From: Candidatus Marinacidobacterales bacterium
GTDB lineage: Bacteria; Acidobacteriota; Vicinamibacteria; Marinacidobacterales; DATDRI01
DNA: 64,000 bases
Direction: 5' to 3'
Assembly (NCBI GenBank): GCA_965219415.1
Contig: CBDCNP010000002.1
Location: forward strand, 5,472,001-5,536,000
The notes beneath the pieces were generated by a model. It searched no databases. It was not told the DNA's origin and was given only the letters and a program-made list of their open reading frames with translations. The stretch's first letter is position 1; each line of letters starts with the position of its first letter. The position numbers and the translations under genes were made by a program. Positions 29,562 through 40,891 of this stretch are shown one piece after another.

Positions 29562-32304
29562 ATGACTGACAAGAACCGCACCCCCGAACAAAAGGCGCGC
29601 GACATCATCGACCAGCTTCTGGACCAGTCTGGCTGGAAGGGCAGTCGAAGAACAAGATAGACTTCAGCGCTGGCTTCGGCATCACCATCCGCGAATACCA
29701 GACGGATGTCGGTCCCGCCGACTACGTTCTGTTCATCGACAAGAACCCGGTCGGCGTCATCGAGGCAAAACCCGAGGACTGGGGTCAGAAGATTACGACT
29801 GTTGAAGAGCAGTCTGCCGGTTACGCGGCCGCAAAGCTGAAATGGCTCAACAACAAGGAGCCGCTTCCCTTCATCTACGAGAGCACGGGCGTCGTGACGC
29901 GCTTCACCGATGCCCGCGACCCGAAGCCTCGCTCGCGCGAGGTCTTTAATTTCCACCGCCCTGAAACGCTGGCCGAGTGGTTCACACAACCCGCGCCGTT
30001 GCGCGCACGGCTACGCACCATGCCCAGCCTCAACCCCTCAGGCCTCAGGGCGTGCCAGATCACAGCGATTGAAGGGCTCGAAGAGTCGCTGCGGGACGAC
30101 CGCCCGCGGGCCCTCATCCAGATGGCGACCGGGTCCGGCAAGACATACGCCGCCATCACATCGATCTATCGTCTGCTGAAGCACGCTGACGCCAAACGGA
30201 TCCTGTTTTTGGTGGACACCAGGAATCTCGGTGAACAGGCCGAGCAGGAATTTACGGCCTACGTGCCCAACGACGACAATCGTAAATTCACGGAGCTCTA
30301 CAACGTGCAGCGGCCGAAATCCTCCTTCGTTGCCAAGGACAGCCAGGTCTGCATCAGCACCATCCAGCGTATGTACTCGCTGTTGAAGGACCAGGAGTTG
30401 GATGAAGCCGTAGAGCAGATCAACCCGGCGGAGATGGTGCAGCCCAAACAACCGATGCCGGTCGTCTATAACGGCAAGATTCCACTTGATTTTTTTGACT
30501 TCATCATCATCGACGAATGCCACCGCTCAATTTACAACCTCTGGCGCCAGGTCCTTGAATATTTCGACGCCTATCTCATCGGCCTGACCGCCACGCCGGA
30601 CAACCGCACTTATGGGTTCTTCAAGAAGAACGTCGTCAGCGAGTATGCCCATGAGCAAGCCGTCGCGGACGGTGTCAATGTCGGCAACGAAATTTATGTC
30701 ATCGACACGGAGAAGACCAAGCATGGCGGCCAACTCAAGGCGGACCAGAAGATCCAGAAGCGCGAGCGCCTGACACGCCGAAAGCGCTGGGAGATCCCAG
30801 GATGAGGACGTCACCTATGCCGCCCGGCAACTCGACAGAGACATCGTCAACCCTGATCAGATCCGCACTGTCGTCCGCACCTTTCGCGACAAAGCTGTCG
30901 GAGATATTCCCCGGCCGCGGCGAAGTCCCAAAGACGCTTGTTTTTGCCAAAACCGACAGCCACGCCGACGACATCATCCAGACCGTGCGCGAGGAATTTG
31001 CTGAACGCAACGAGTTCTGCAAGAAGATCACGTACAAGGTCGAAGAAGATCCGAAATCTGTCCTCGCCCAGTTCCGAAACGACTACTACCCGCGCATCGC
31101 TGTGACCGTAGATATGATCGCCACGGGCACCGACGTCAAGCCGCTCGAATGCCTGCTCTTCATGCGCGACGTGAGGAGCCGCAACTATTTCGAACAGATG
31201 AAAGGCCGCGGCACCCGCACACTCGACCATGATGATCTCAAGAAGGTCTCGCCCTCAGTCGCCTGTGGCAAGACGCATTATGTGATTGTCGACGCCGTCG
31301 GTGTGACGAAATCGCTCAAAACCGCCAGCCAGCCGCTCATCACAAAGCCTTCCGTGCCGCTCAAGGACCTGGCCATGGGCGTGATGATGGGTGCCAGTGA
31401 CGAAGACACGGTGAGCTCCCTCGCTGGCCGTCTCGCCCGCCTCAACCGGCAGCTCCACCACCAGGAGCAGGAGCGCATCCGGGAGAAGGCCAGCCGCATA
31501 GAGCTCGCCGACATCGATCCCGATCGCGTTGAAGCCAGGGCCCGCGAGATCGAGCCGATCGCAGACGGCGCTGAGCCGACACTGGCCGCGCGCGAAAAGG
31601 CTCAGGATGAGCTGGTCAGTGACGCCGCCACGGTGTTCAACAGCGAGCTGATTGAGTTGATTGACTCCATCCGCCGTGACAAGGAACAGACCATCGACTA
31701 TGAGGGCCTCGACACCGTGCTACGGGCCGAATGGGAGGGCGACGCCAAGGAGAATGCAGAGGCGATGGCACAGGACTTCCAGCAATATCTGGAAGCCAAC
31801 CGCGACGAGATCGAAGCCCTGACCATCTTCTACGCCCAGCCACACCGGCGCAGACAGCTTAGCTACGCGATGATCCGCGAAATCTTCGATAAGCTTAGAG
31901 CTGACAAGCCCCGCCTAGCCCCCTTACGCGTCTGGCAGGCCTACGCCCTGCTCGACGACTGCAAGGGTCGGCAGCCTGCCACTGAACTAACGGCGCTCGT
32001 GGCGCTGATCCGCCGCGTCTGCGGCATTGATGCGAAGATCTCGCCCTATTTAGAAACCGTGCGGCGCAACTTCCAGAACTGGATCATGACTCACCACAGC
32101 GGCGGAGGACAGAAATTCAATGAGGAGCAGATGGAATGGCTGCGCATGATTCGCGACCACATCATCAGCTCCTTTCACCTAGACCGAGACGACCTCGACA
32201 TGGCTCCGTTCGATGCCAAGGGCGGCATGGGGCAGATGTACAAGCTCTTCGGCGACGAGATGGAGAGCGTGATTGATGAATTGAATGAAGCGTTGGCAGG
32301 ATAA
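29562..32304 (+). pseudogene. hsdR: Type I restriction subunit with three frameshifts (near 29640, 30797, 30892)
   Basis: PADYVLF..VIEAK nuclease, MATGSGKT, DECH, GLTATP, TGTDVK, QMKGRG. Confidence 0.9.
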
Positions 32305-33852
32305 ATGACAACCGATTGTGAAAGGAGGGCGATCCCCTACGGATGGCAACGATGTGTCCTGCCCGACTTCACGTGCATCGTAATGGGACAGTCGCCGTCC
32401 TCGAATACCTATAACCATAGTGGCGACGGCCTTCCCTTCTTCCAGGGAAAGGCGGAGTTTGGTGACCTATACCCAACGATCAACATGTACTGCTCACAGC
32501 CCAACAAGATTGCCAAGCAGGGTGCAACTCTCCTGTCGGTTAGAGCCCCAGTCGGACCGACCAATCTCGCACAACACGAGTGTTGTATTGGTCGTGGTCT
32601 GGCAGCTCTTCATCCTTGCGGGGGGATAGAGCCGAAGTTCCTCTTGTATCTCTTCAGAAGCATGGAACCCGTGCTATCGGGCAAGGGGACAGGTTCGACA
32701 TTCAAAGCCATTACCAAGGCGTTCGTTGCAGGTCTTGAATTCAACCTGCCGCCGCCTCTCGAGCAGCGACGCATCGTCGCCAAGATCGAGCAACTGTTTT
32801 CCGAACTGGACAAGGGCATCGAGAGCCTGAAGACGGCGCGCACACAACTGGCAACCTACCGCCAAGCTGTGCTCAAACACGCCTTCGAAGGCAAGCTAAC
32901 GGCGCAATGGCGCGAAGAGAACAAAGACAAGCTTGAGAAACCCGAGCAATTGCTCGCTCGCATCAAGCGAGAGCGGGCGGCGCGCTACGAGCGGCAACTC
33001 CAGGAGTGGAAGACCGCTGTCAAAATGTGGGAGGAGAGCGGTAAGGCTGGCAAGAAGCCTCCGAGGCCGAAGAAGCCGCTAGAAATAGCTGATGTTCCCC
33101 ACGATGTGATCGCGAAACTACCGCAGTTGCCAGAATCGTGGGTATGGCGAAAGCTTGGGTCGCTGACTTGCGGAGTGAAATACGGGACAGCTGCAAAGTC
33201 TGCGAAGGCGGGCACAGCACCAGTACTTCGCATGGGAAATATCCAGAATGCGAAGTTTGATTGGGCGGACCTTGTCTATACCTCAGACGATGATGAGATC
33301 TCGGAATATCTGCTTCACGATGGCGACGTCCTCTTCAACCGTACTAACAGTCCTGAACTAGTTGGCAAAACTGCCATTTACAGGGGCGAACGCCGAGCGA
33401 TCTTCGCAGGATACCTCATTCGTGTGAACCACATCCGTTCGGTTGCTGACAGCCAATACGTAAACCTGTTTCTCAACTCGCACGTTGCCCGGAAGTACGG
33501 CAACAGTGTCAAAACTGACGGAGTCAACCAGTCAAACATCAACGGCACCAAACTCTCAAACTACCCATTTCCGTGCTGTTCGATTGAAGAACAGCGCGAA
33601 GTCGCCAGCATTCTTGAGAAGACGCTGTCGCTCGTTGATGAAACGGAAGCGGGTATCAGTCAGGAACTGCAGAAGGCAGATGCACTTCGCCAATCGGTTC
33701 TGAAGAAAGCCTTCGCCGGTCAACTCGTCGCGCAGGACCCCAGCGACGAGCCTGCGTCGGTTCTTCTGGACAGGGTCAAGGTGGTTAAGGATCAGGCCAG
33801 AAAGAACGGTGAGACCACCGAGAAAACCAGAAAAATGAGGACCGTCGTATGA
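32305..33852 (+). CDS. hsdS: Type I R-M specificity subunit
   Basis: Two TRDs with conserved PPLEQRRIVAKIEQLF and SIEEQ..LRQSVLKKAF.G.LV.QDP. Confidence 0.92.
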   Translation: MTTDCERRAIPYGWQRCVLPDFTCIVMGQSPSSNTYNHSGDGLPFFQGKAEFGDLYPTINMYCSQPNKIAKQGATLLSVRAPVGPTNLAQHECCIGRGLAALHPCGGIEPKFLLYLFRSMEPVLSGKGTGSTFKAITKAFVAGLEFNLPPPLEQRRIVAKIEQLFSELDKGIESLKTARTQLATYRQAVLKHAFEGKLTAQWREENKDKLEKPEQLLARIKRERAARYERQLQEWKTAVKMWEESGKAGKKPPRPKKPLEIADVPHDVIAKLPQLPESWVWRKLGSLTCGVKYGTAAKSAKAGTAPVLRMGNIQNAKFDWADLVYTSDDDEISEYLLHDGDVLFNRTNSPELVGKTAIYRGERRAIFAGYLIRVNHIRSVADSQYVNLFLNSHVARKYGNSVKTDGVNQSNINGTKLSNYPFPCCSIEEQREVASILEKTLSLVDETEAGISQELQKADALRQSVLKKAFAGQLVAQDPSDEPASVLLDRVKVVKDQARKNGETTEKTRKMRTVV

Positions 33853-35375
33853 ACACCGCCCCCATCGTTTCCAAAGTCTGGAGCTTCTGTACCACCCTGC
33901 GCGATGACGGGGTCGGCTATGGCGACTACCTGGAGCAGCTCACCTATCTGATCTTCCTCAAGATGGCCGACGAGTATGCCAAACCGCCTTACAATCGCAA
34001 TGTCGGCATCCCCGCCGAATACAACTGGCAAAGCCTGAAATCGAAGAGGGGCTCAGAACTCGAAGGCCACTACATCGCTCTGCTTCACGAGCTCGGCACC
34101 AAGACGGGCATGCTGGGGCAGATCTTCACCAAGGCTCAAAACAAGATCCAGGACCCGGCTAAGCTCTATCGTTTGATCGACATGATCGACGATACCGAGT
34201 GGGTGACCATGGGTGCCGACATCAAGGGCGACATCTATGAGAACCTGCTGGAGAGGAATGCCGAAGACACCAAGTCGGGCGCGGGCCAGTATTTCACGCC
34301 GAGAGCCCTCGTCCGTGCCATGGTCGAATGTGTACAGCCCGAACCGGGCATGCTCATCGCCGACCCTGCCTGTGGCACGGGCGGTTTCTTCCTGGCCGCC
34401 TACGACTTCATTACCAATTCGGACAACTTCAAGCTCGACAAGAAACAGAAGGCGTTCCTGAAGCACGAGGCGTTTCACGGCAACGAGATCGTCGCCAACA
34501 CGCGCCGCCTGTGCCTGATGAACATGTTCTTGCACAACATCGGTGAGATCGAGGGAGGCGCGCCCATATCGCCGAATGACTCGCTTGTGGCCGATGCTGG
34601 CAAGCGCTTTGACTATGTGCTCGCGAACCCGCCTTTCGGCAAGAAGAGTTCCATGAGCTTCACGAACGAAGAAGGCGAACAGGAAAAGGACGACCTGACC
34701 TACAACCGGCAGGACTTCTGGGCGACCACCTCGAACAAACAGCTCAATTTCGTGCAGCACATTCGCACGATGCTCAAGACCACGGGCCGCGCTGCCATAG
34801 TAGTGCCAGACAACGTGCTGTTTGAAGGCGGCGCCGGAGAGACGATCCGCAAGAAGTTGCTGGACAACACCGACCTGCACACCATCCTGCGCCTTCCGAC
34901 CGGCGTGTTCTACTCGCAGGGGGTCAAGGCCAATGTGATTTTCTTCGATAACCGCGAAGCCAGCCCTAATCCCTGGACGAAGCAAGTTTGGTACTACGAC
35001 TACCGTACCAACATCCACCACACGCTAAAGAAGAAGCCCATGCGCCTTGACGATCTCGCGGACTTCGTCCACTGCTACAACCCGCAGAACCGGCACAAGC
35101 GCAAGGCGACCTGGGACGAAAAGGACGCACCGGAAGGCCGTTGGCGCAGCTACAGCTACGAGGAGCTCAGAGCGCGCGACAAGACCAGTCTCGACATCTT
35201 CTGGCTCAAGGACAAAAGCCTGACGGACCTGGACAACCTTCCGGAGCCCGACGACCTCGCCGAGGAGATCATCGAAACCCTTGCGGCTGGCTTGAATAGT
35301 TTTCGCGAGGTGCTCGCCAGTTTGCGCCAGGGTTCACAGGGGAACGAGCGACGCTCCGGACCGCGCCCGCGATGA
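33849..35375 (+). CDS. hsdM: Type I R-M N6-adenine methyltransferase
   Basis: GAGQYFTPR, DPACGTGGF, LANPPF, ILRLPTG. Confidence 0.95.
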   Translation: MNTAPIVSKVWSFCTTLRDDGVGYGDYLEQLTYLIFLKMADEYAKPPYNRNVGIPAEYNWQSLKSKRGSELEGHYIALLHELGTKTGMLGQIFTKAQNKIQDPAKLYRLIDMIDDTEWVTMGADIKGDIYENLLERNAEDTKSGAGQYFTPRALVRAMVECVQPEPGMLIADPACGTGGFFLAAYDFITNSDNFKLDKKQKAFLKHEAFHGNEIVANTRRLCLMNMFLHNIGEIEGGAPISPNDSLVADAGKRFDYVLANPPFGKKSSMSFTNEEGEQEKDDLTYNRQDFWATTSNKQLNFVQHIRTMLKTTGRAAIVVPDNVLFEGGAGETIRKKLLDNTDLHTILRLPTGVFYSQGVKANVIFFDNREASPNPWTKQVWYYDYRTNIHHTLKKKPMRLDDLADFVHCYNPQNRHKRKATWDEKDAPEGRWRSYSYEELRARDKTSLDIFWLKDKSLTDLDNLPEPDDLAEEIIETLAAGLNSFREVLASLRQGSQGNERRSGPRPR

Positions 35376-35409
35376 GCGCCGCGACGGGAACGGGCCAGCG
35401 AGGTTGCGG

Positions 35410-35567
35410 GAGGGCGCGATCGAGGAGGGCCAAGTCACCGTGTTCGCCGCGGTCGATCATTGCACTGCGGAGTGTGTCGGCATCCATGCGGTCAAACGGG
35501 CGACTCGTTTTCAGGCCCTGGACCCGATCCGGCAAGGCGTTAACGAGCACTTCGGCGGCTTTCACGC
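35410..35567 (+). pseudogene. Integrase-core (IS3-like) transposase fragment
   Basis: VFAAVDHCTAECVGIHA..RFQALDPIRQGV. Confidence 0.55.
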
Positions 35568-36654
35568 TGCCTTGGTGCACAACTCGCGATCTCGGTCCAC
35601 AATTGTCCTGTACTCGCGGATACGAGGTTCCCCATGAGCATTTTCAAACGCACTCAGCGGAAGTATGTGAAGAAGGCCTATCGCGTGAGGAATTGGCGTG
35701 AATATGAGGCGGGTCTACGCAACCGCGGGAGCCTGACCGTCTGGATCTCGCTCACCGCCGGCAAGCTTGTGAACTGGGACGCGCCCCGGCCAAGGAGGAG
35801 GAAACCGGGCCGTCAACGCAAGTACTCGAACCACGCCATCGAGACGGCTGTCACCCTGGGCATGGTGTTTCATCTGTCATCTAGGCAGAGCGAGGGATTG
35901 CTGCGGTCGTTGTTCGCTCTGATGAAGCTAGACAATGATGTGCCCGATCACACCACGATCTCGAGGCGCAAGCCGAAGCTGGGTAAGGTCCCCTTCTACC
36001 CAGTCAAGCAGAAGACGCCGTTGCACATCTTGTTCGACAGCAGCGGTCTCGCTGTCCACGCCGGCCAGCTGCGCAGAGCACAAAAGAGCAGGGACTATCG
36101 CAAGCTCCATCTGTGTGTCGACGAGCAGAGTGGCGAAGTCGTCGCCGGCGAGCTGACGAGCAAAAGAGCCCGTGATTCATCGCGGGTTGCATCGCTTGTC
36201 GGACAGATCGACAGTCCCATCTCATCGGCCAGAGCTGACACCGCATACGACGCCGGCGGCGTCTATGAGGCAATCGAGAATCACAGCGCTCATCGCTCGC
36301 CGAGGGTGCTGATACCGCCGCGCAAGGGCGCCCTGCTCGCATCGGGGCCGGCGAGCAGCCGACAGCGCAATCGCAACATTGCAGCACAAGCTCGGCTCGG
36401 CAAACGAAAGTGGCACACAGAATCGGGCTACAGCAAACGGAGCAAAGTCGAGACAACGTTCCATCGCTACAAGGCTATCGTGGGCTCAGCGATGCGAGCG
36501 AGAGGGTTGGCGGCACAGAGAGGTGAGGCAAGGATCGGGTGCAAGATTCTCAACACCATGACGGCGCTCGGGATGCCTGATAGCGAGATGATCGGATGAT
36601 GGGAGTCGGGGCCAAGCGAGCTCTCGGCCTCTATCGGAGTTGTGCACCAAGGCA
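35568..36654 (+). mobile_element. IS5-family element, copy 2
   Basis: Same TIR and length as copy 1. Confidence 0.92.
35634..36599 (+). CDS. IS5-family transposase
   Basis: Near-identical to 22345-23310. Confidence 0.92.
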   Translation: MSIFKRTQRKYVKKAYRVRNWREYEAGLRNRGSLTVWISLTAGKLVNWDAPRPRRRKPGRQRKYSNHAIETAVTLGMVFHLSSRQSEGLLRSLFALMKLDNDVPDHTTISRRKPKLGKVPFYPVKQKTPLHILFDSSGLAVHAGQLRRAQKSRDYRKLHLCVDEQSGEVVAGELTSKRARDSSRVASLVGQIDSPISSARADTAYDAGGVYEAIENHSAHRSPRVLIPPRKGALLASGPASSRQRNRNIAAQARLGKRKWHTESGYSKRSKVETTFHRYKAIVGSAMRARGLAAQRGEARIGCKILNTMTALGMPDSEMIG

Positions 36655-37459
36655 TCGAGCGGGTAGGAGATTCCGATCGACCTGCATCATGAACGCGCCG
36701 TCCGGCCTGGGAGTGATTCCGGCAATGTGTACTTTTCGCGAAGGCAGCTCGATGACGACGAGCACATAGTAGCTCACGAGCCTGCGAACCGTGGCGACCT
36801 CGACGGTGAAGAAGTCGGTCGCAGCAACGGTTTCCCAATGGGCGGCGAGGAACGGCGCCACGGCGTCCGCTCACCTCGCTCCGGCGCGGGCTCGATGCCG
36901 TGTTCCCGCAGAATATTTGCGATGGTGCTCCTGGCTACGGTATGGCCGAGATTCGTGAGGGCGCCGCGAATTCGTGTATATCCCCACTTCGGATTCGAAT
37001 GCGCCATCCCCACGATGAGCTCGCTAATCTCGGCCATGACCCGGGGCCGTCCGAGCTGTTGCCGCCGCGCGCTGCAGTCCCACTTCCGCGCAATGAGCCT
37101 TCGGTGCCAAGCCAGCAGGGTTTCCGGTGTGACGATGCCGGCGACTTCTGCCAAGAGTTTCCGGCCAAGCGCCTTGCCCTTTACCGCGAGCCGACGTCGC
37201 TCGTCGTCCGTGAGACGAAGCTGCCTCCCGCAAAGCCGAGCTTTAAGGACTCTGTTCTCCTCCAGCAAGTAAACGATAGCCGCCTGTTGGTCACGCTGTA
37301 TCCAACCAGCGATGGCAACGACCAATAATGTCAAGAGCTGGATCGGCATCCTCATGACCGAGGATTCTAGCTCCCATTGGCCAACCAAGTCTAGACACCT
37401 CTAATCCGAAACGGCCCGGCACGCGGATCTCGAGTTCGTTTGTGTTTTTGGACAGGACG
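36655..37459 (-). mobile_element. Integrase-core (rve) element: end C and 5' two-thirds of a frameshifted transposase
   Basis: [40 protein letters not shown]; cut by IS5. Confidence 0.85.
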
Positions 37460-37547
37460 GCATTAGAATAGCGCCGTTTGAGTATCGCTCGAAGCTCAAC
37501 CACCTAATACGTCGAGTTAGCTGCAAACGAAAAAGGAGACTTGAGAA

Positions 37548-37865
37548 ATGGCGAAAAAAACCATGACCCAAACCCAAATCGTGGCTCAGATGTCGGAAAC
37601 GATGCAGGTTCCGAAGAAGCAGGCCGCTGCATGGTTCAAGTCGATTGCCGATCTCGCGGTAAAAGAAACGAAGCGAACGGGCCAGTTCGTCATTCCCGGA
37701 ATCGGAAAACTCGTGAAAGCGAAACGAAAGGCTCGCAAGGGACGCAACCCCCGGACCGGCGAACAGATTCGAATCCCGAAAAAGACGGTGGTCAAGTTTC
37801 GAGTAGCGAAAGCTTGCCAAGACGCCGTCGTCCCACTGAAGAAGAAGCTCACAAGCGACGCCTGA
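37548..37865 (+). CDS. hup: HU-family DNA-binding protein
   Basis: IPGIGKL..RKARKGRNPRTGEQIRIP.K.VVKF; RBS AAGGAG. Confidence 0.93.
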   Translation: MAKKTMTQTQIVAQMSETMQVPKKQAAAWFKSIADLAVKETKRTGQFVIPGIGKLVKAKRKARKGRNPRTGEQIRIPKKTVVKFRVAKACQDAVVPLKKKLTSDA

Positions 37866-38030
37866 GAATGTTCTACTGATCGACGGATGCACGCCGATGA
37901 TCTATGCGTAAAAAGCGCACGAGGGATCGGGCAAAGGCGGACACTGAGAAGCCGATGGAAACCAAACCATTGCAGGTTCCAGAGACCCCACCAATCCGGC
38001 CGGAGGTGCCAACGGAGGAGGAAAATGTTG

Positions 38031-38195
38031 GGTGCTTCCGCCATTAAGTGTTGGTGAGATGACGCTAAGACTTTACGGTGCATTAAATTACAGCCAAAAT
38101 AGCGCTCGTGACCTTCGCTGCGCGCTAAAGGAGGGTAAGCGCCTTTTTTGCAATGGGATGCGTACACATCACCAACAGCAAACAGCGCAAGCACC
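38031..38195. mobile_element. 165-bp MITE (A2)
   Basis: Ends GGTGCTTCCGC / GCGCAAGCACC; inverted copy at about 12167-12332. Confidence 0.8.
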
Positions 38196-38297
38196 CGAGC
38201 GATGTCCGTCGGCGAGAAGTACAGCGAGTACACGCCATGGGGCTTCAACGGCGCCCTATTACTACGTGCGGCTCGGGTACGGATGGGGCAGTTAATC
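38196..38297 (+). pseudogene. Possible TonB-dependent receptor C-terminal fragment
   Basis: YSEYTPWGFNGA/YYYVRLGYGW, resembles a beta-barrel terminus, with a frameshift. Confidence 0.4.
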
Positions 38298-38439
38298 AAC
38301 GGCTTCAGTCCGCTCGACCGATTCTCAAGGCACTGTCAAGATAAAGAATTCTGGTTCGCCGATCGGTTATGCCAAGCGGTGAAGCGCCTAGGGGTTGAAT
38401 CGTGCAATAGCGCCAATCAGAACGCGTAACGCAGGGAAC

Positions 38440-38730
38440 TGTCGGGCGTGACAAGGGCTACGACGTGGCGCGCTTCGTTCGACCGGCTTCGCGCGCTCGA
38501 GGTGACCCCCACATCGCGCAAGAGGGTACAAGCGCCATCGACGGCTGGACCACCCAGCATCCTGGCTACCAGGTCAGTCAGCGGAAAGCGGAAGCTGGTC
38601 GAGCAGGTCTTTGGCTGGCTCAAAACCGTCGGCGACCTGCGGAAGCTACGCCACCGGGGAGGGGCAACTGGTCGACTGAATCGTCACCCTCGCGGCGGCC
38701 GCGTACAACTTGGTGCGAAGCATGCGCGAG
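38440..38730 (+). pseudogene. Degraded IS5/IS1182-like transposase C-terminus
   Basis: DKGYD, PHIAQ, SAIDG.TT.HPGYQVSQRK, VEQVFGWLKTVG.LRKLRHRG across frames. Confidence 0.7.
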
Positions 38731-39169
38731 CGCCACAACTGGAACCCGTGGCACTCAGGCATTCCTGACAAGTAAGATGGCAGATCAATGGCAAGGAACA
38801 AACAAAAGCACGAGGAAACCGAAGGCTCAGACCAGCACTCCTCCGCGCCAGATGAACGCCCCAGAACCGACCTCACAATCGCAAAGAAACTCGTCAGGGA
38901 GGACGAGAGCTTCCCCTTGCCAGTTTGGCCATGGTCGTCCTTGTTGGAATCCTGTCCCTTCCATAAAATCGAGCTGTATGAGATTGGCGAACTGCCTACA
39001 ACCAGGATGCTTTGGTCGTCTTCATGTAGGACGTTTTGAGAGCCGGCGCCGGCTCTACTCAGGGGTAGAGGTGTAAGCTGGTGCGAAGTCCGGCAGCCGT
39101 TCCGAGCGGATCGGCTCAAGCAGCGCGTCGAGTGTAACAATGATGGAGACCACCCACCTTTGGAATGGC

Positions 39170-39316
39170 TGTGCCTTCTATTTATTCATCCGCCAGCCCA
39201 TGGGTCGGAAGTCAGCCCTGCGGCGCGAAATACCCTGGATTCTGCGCGGATTCCAAGGGCGTCTAAGCTGCTGATTTGTGGTCTATTTCAAAAGGGCCGA
39301 GTTTTGGCACAGGACG
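39170..39316. mobile_element. About 147-bp MITE bounded by ends F and B
   Basis: TGTGCCTTCTATTTATT...GGCACAGGACG; copies at 49763-49910 and 57235-57382. Confidence 0.8.
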
Positions 39317-39383
39317 CGGTCTTGGAAGAACACTTTCAGCTCGCCTTCTAGCGTTTCCCGGCCGTGCTTTCTCGTAGGCTCTC

Positions 39384-40470
39384 TGCCTTGGTGCACAACT
39401 CCGATAGAGGCCGAGAGCTCGCTTGGCCCCGACTCCCATCATCCGATCATCTCGCTATCAGGCATCCCGAGCGCCGTCATGGTGTTGAGAATCTTGCACC
39501 CGATCCTTGCCTCACCTCTCTGTGCCGCCAACCCTCTCGCTCGCATCGCTGAGCCCACGATAGCCTTGTAGCGATGGAACGTTGTCTCGACTTTGCTCCG
39601 TTTGCTGTAGCCCGATTCTGTGTGCCACTTTCGTTTGCCGAGCCGAGCTTGTGCTGCAATGTTGCGATTGCGCTGTCGGCTGCTCGCCGGCCCCGATGCG
39701 AGCAGGGCGCCCTTGCGCGGCGGTATCAGCACCCTCGGCGAGCGATGAGCGCTGTGATTCTCGATTGCCTCATAGACGCCGCCGGCGTCGTATGCGGTGT
39801 CAGCTCTGGCCGATGAGATGGGACTGTCGATCTGTCCGACAAGCGATGCAACCCGCAATGAATCACGGGCTCTTTTGCTCGTCAGCTCGCCGGCGACGAC
39901 TTCGCCACTCTGCTCGTCGACACACAGATGGAGCTTGCGATAGTCCCTGCTCTTTTGTGCTCTGCGCAGCTGGCCGGCGTGGACAGCGAGACCGCTGCTG
40001 TCGAACAAGATGTGCAACGGCGTCTTCTGCTTGACTGGGTAGAAGGGGACCTTACCCAGCTTCGGCTTGCGCCTCGAGATCGTGGTGTGATCGGGCACAT
40101 CATTGTCTAGCTTCATCAGAGCGAACAACGACCGCAGCAATCCCTCGCTCTGCCTAGATGACAGATGAAACACCATGCCCAGGGTGACAGCCGTCTCGAT
40201 GGCGTGGTTCGAGTACTTGCGTTGACGGCCCGGTTTCCTCCTCCTTGGCCGGGGCGCGTCCCAGTTCACAAGCTTGCCGGCGGTGAGCGAGATCCAGACG
40301 GTCAGGCTCCCGCGGTTGCGTAGACCCGCCTCATATTCACGCCAATTCCTCACGCGATAGGCCTTCTTCACATACTTCCGCTGAGTGCGTTTGAAAATGC
40401 TCATGGGGAACCTCGTATCCGCGAGTACAGGACAATTGTGGACCGAGATCGCTAGTTGTGCACCAAGGCA
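39384..40470 (-). mobile_element. IS5-family element, copy 3
   Basis: Same TIR and length. Confidence 0.92.
39439..40404 (-). CDS. IS5-family transposase
   Basis: Near-identical 321-aa ORF. Confidence 0.92.
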   Translation of the reverse strand: MSIFKRTQRKYVKKAYRVRNWREYEAGLRNRGSLTVWISLTAGKLVNWDAPRPRRRKPGRQRKYSNHAIETAVTLGMVFHLSSRQSEGLLRSLFALMKLDNDVPDHTTISRRKPKLGKVPFYPVKQKTPLHILFDSSGLAVHAGQLRRAQKSRDYRKLHLCVDEQSGEVVAGELTSKRARDSLRVASLVGQIDSPISSARADTAYDAGGVYEAIENHSAHRSPRVLIPPRKGALLASGPASSRQRNRNIAAQARLGKRKWHTESGYSKRSKVETTFHRYKAIVGSAMRARGLAAQRGEARIGCKILNTMTALGMPDSEMIG

Positions 40471-40618
40471 GGGTCGTGACCGTGCTTGCCAAGAGGGCGC
40501 TCAAGCTCGTCAAGGGTTGAAATCTTGTTTCCAGGAGCTAAGGGCCCGGTCGCAAACACAGACACCAAGCTGCTGATTTATAGGCTATTTCAAAAAGCCC
40601 GAGTTTTGGCACAGGACG

Positions 40619-40832
40619 GGGTATACACGCATTCGCGGCGCCCTCTCGAATCTCGGCCATACCGTAGCCAGGAGCACCATCGCCAATATTCTGCGAGAAC
40701 ATGGCATCGAGCCCGCGCCGGAGCGAGGTGAGCGAACGCCGTGGCGCACGTTTCTCGCCGCCCGTTGGGAAACCGTTGCTGCGACCGACTTCTTCACCGT
40801 CGAGGTCGCCACGGTTCGCAGGCTCGTGACCT
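40619..40832 (+). pseudogene. Integrase-core transposase internal fragment between ends B and C
   Basis: [24 protein letters not shown]. Confidence 0.75.
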
Positions 40833-40891
40833 CGTCGTGTCCAAAAACACTGAAGTGACCCCGCTTTCGTGGACAGGTTAAGAGTTAGGGA

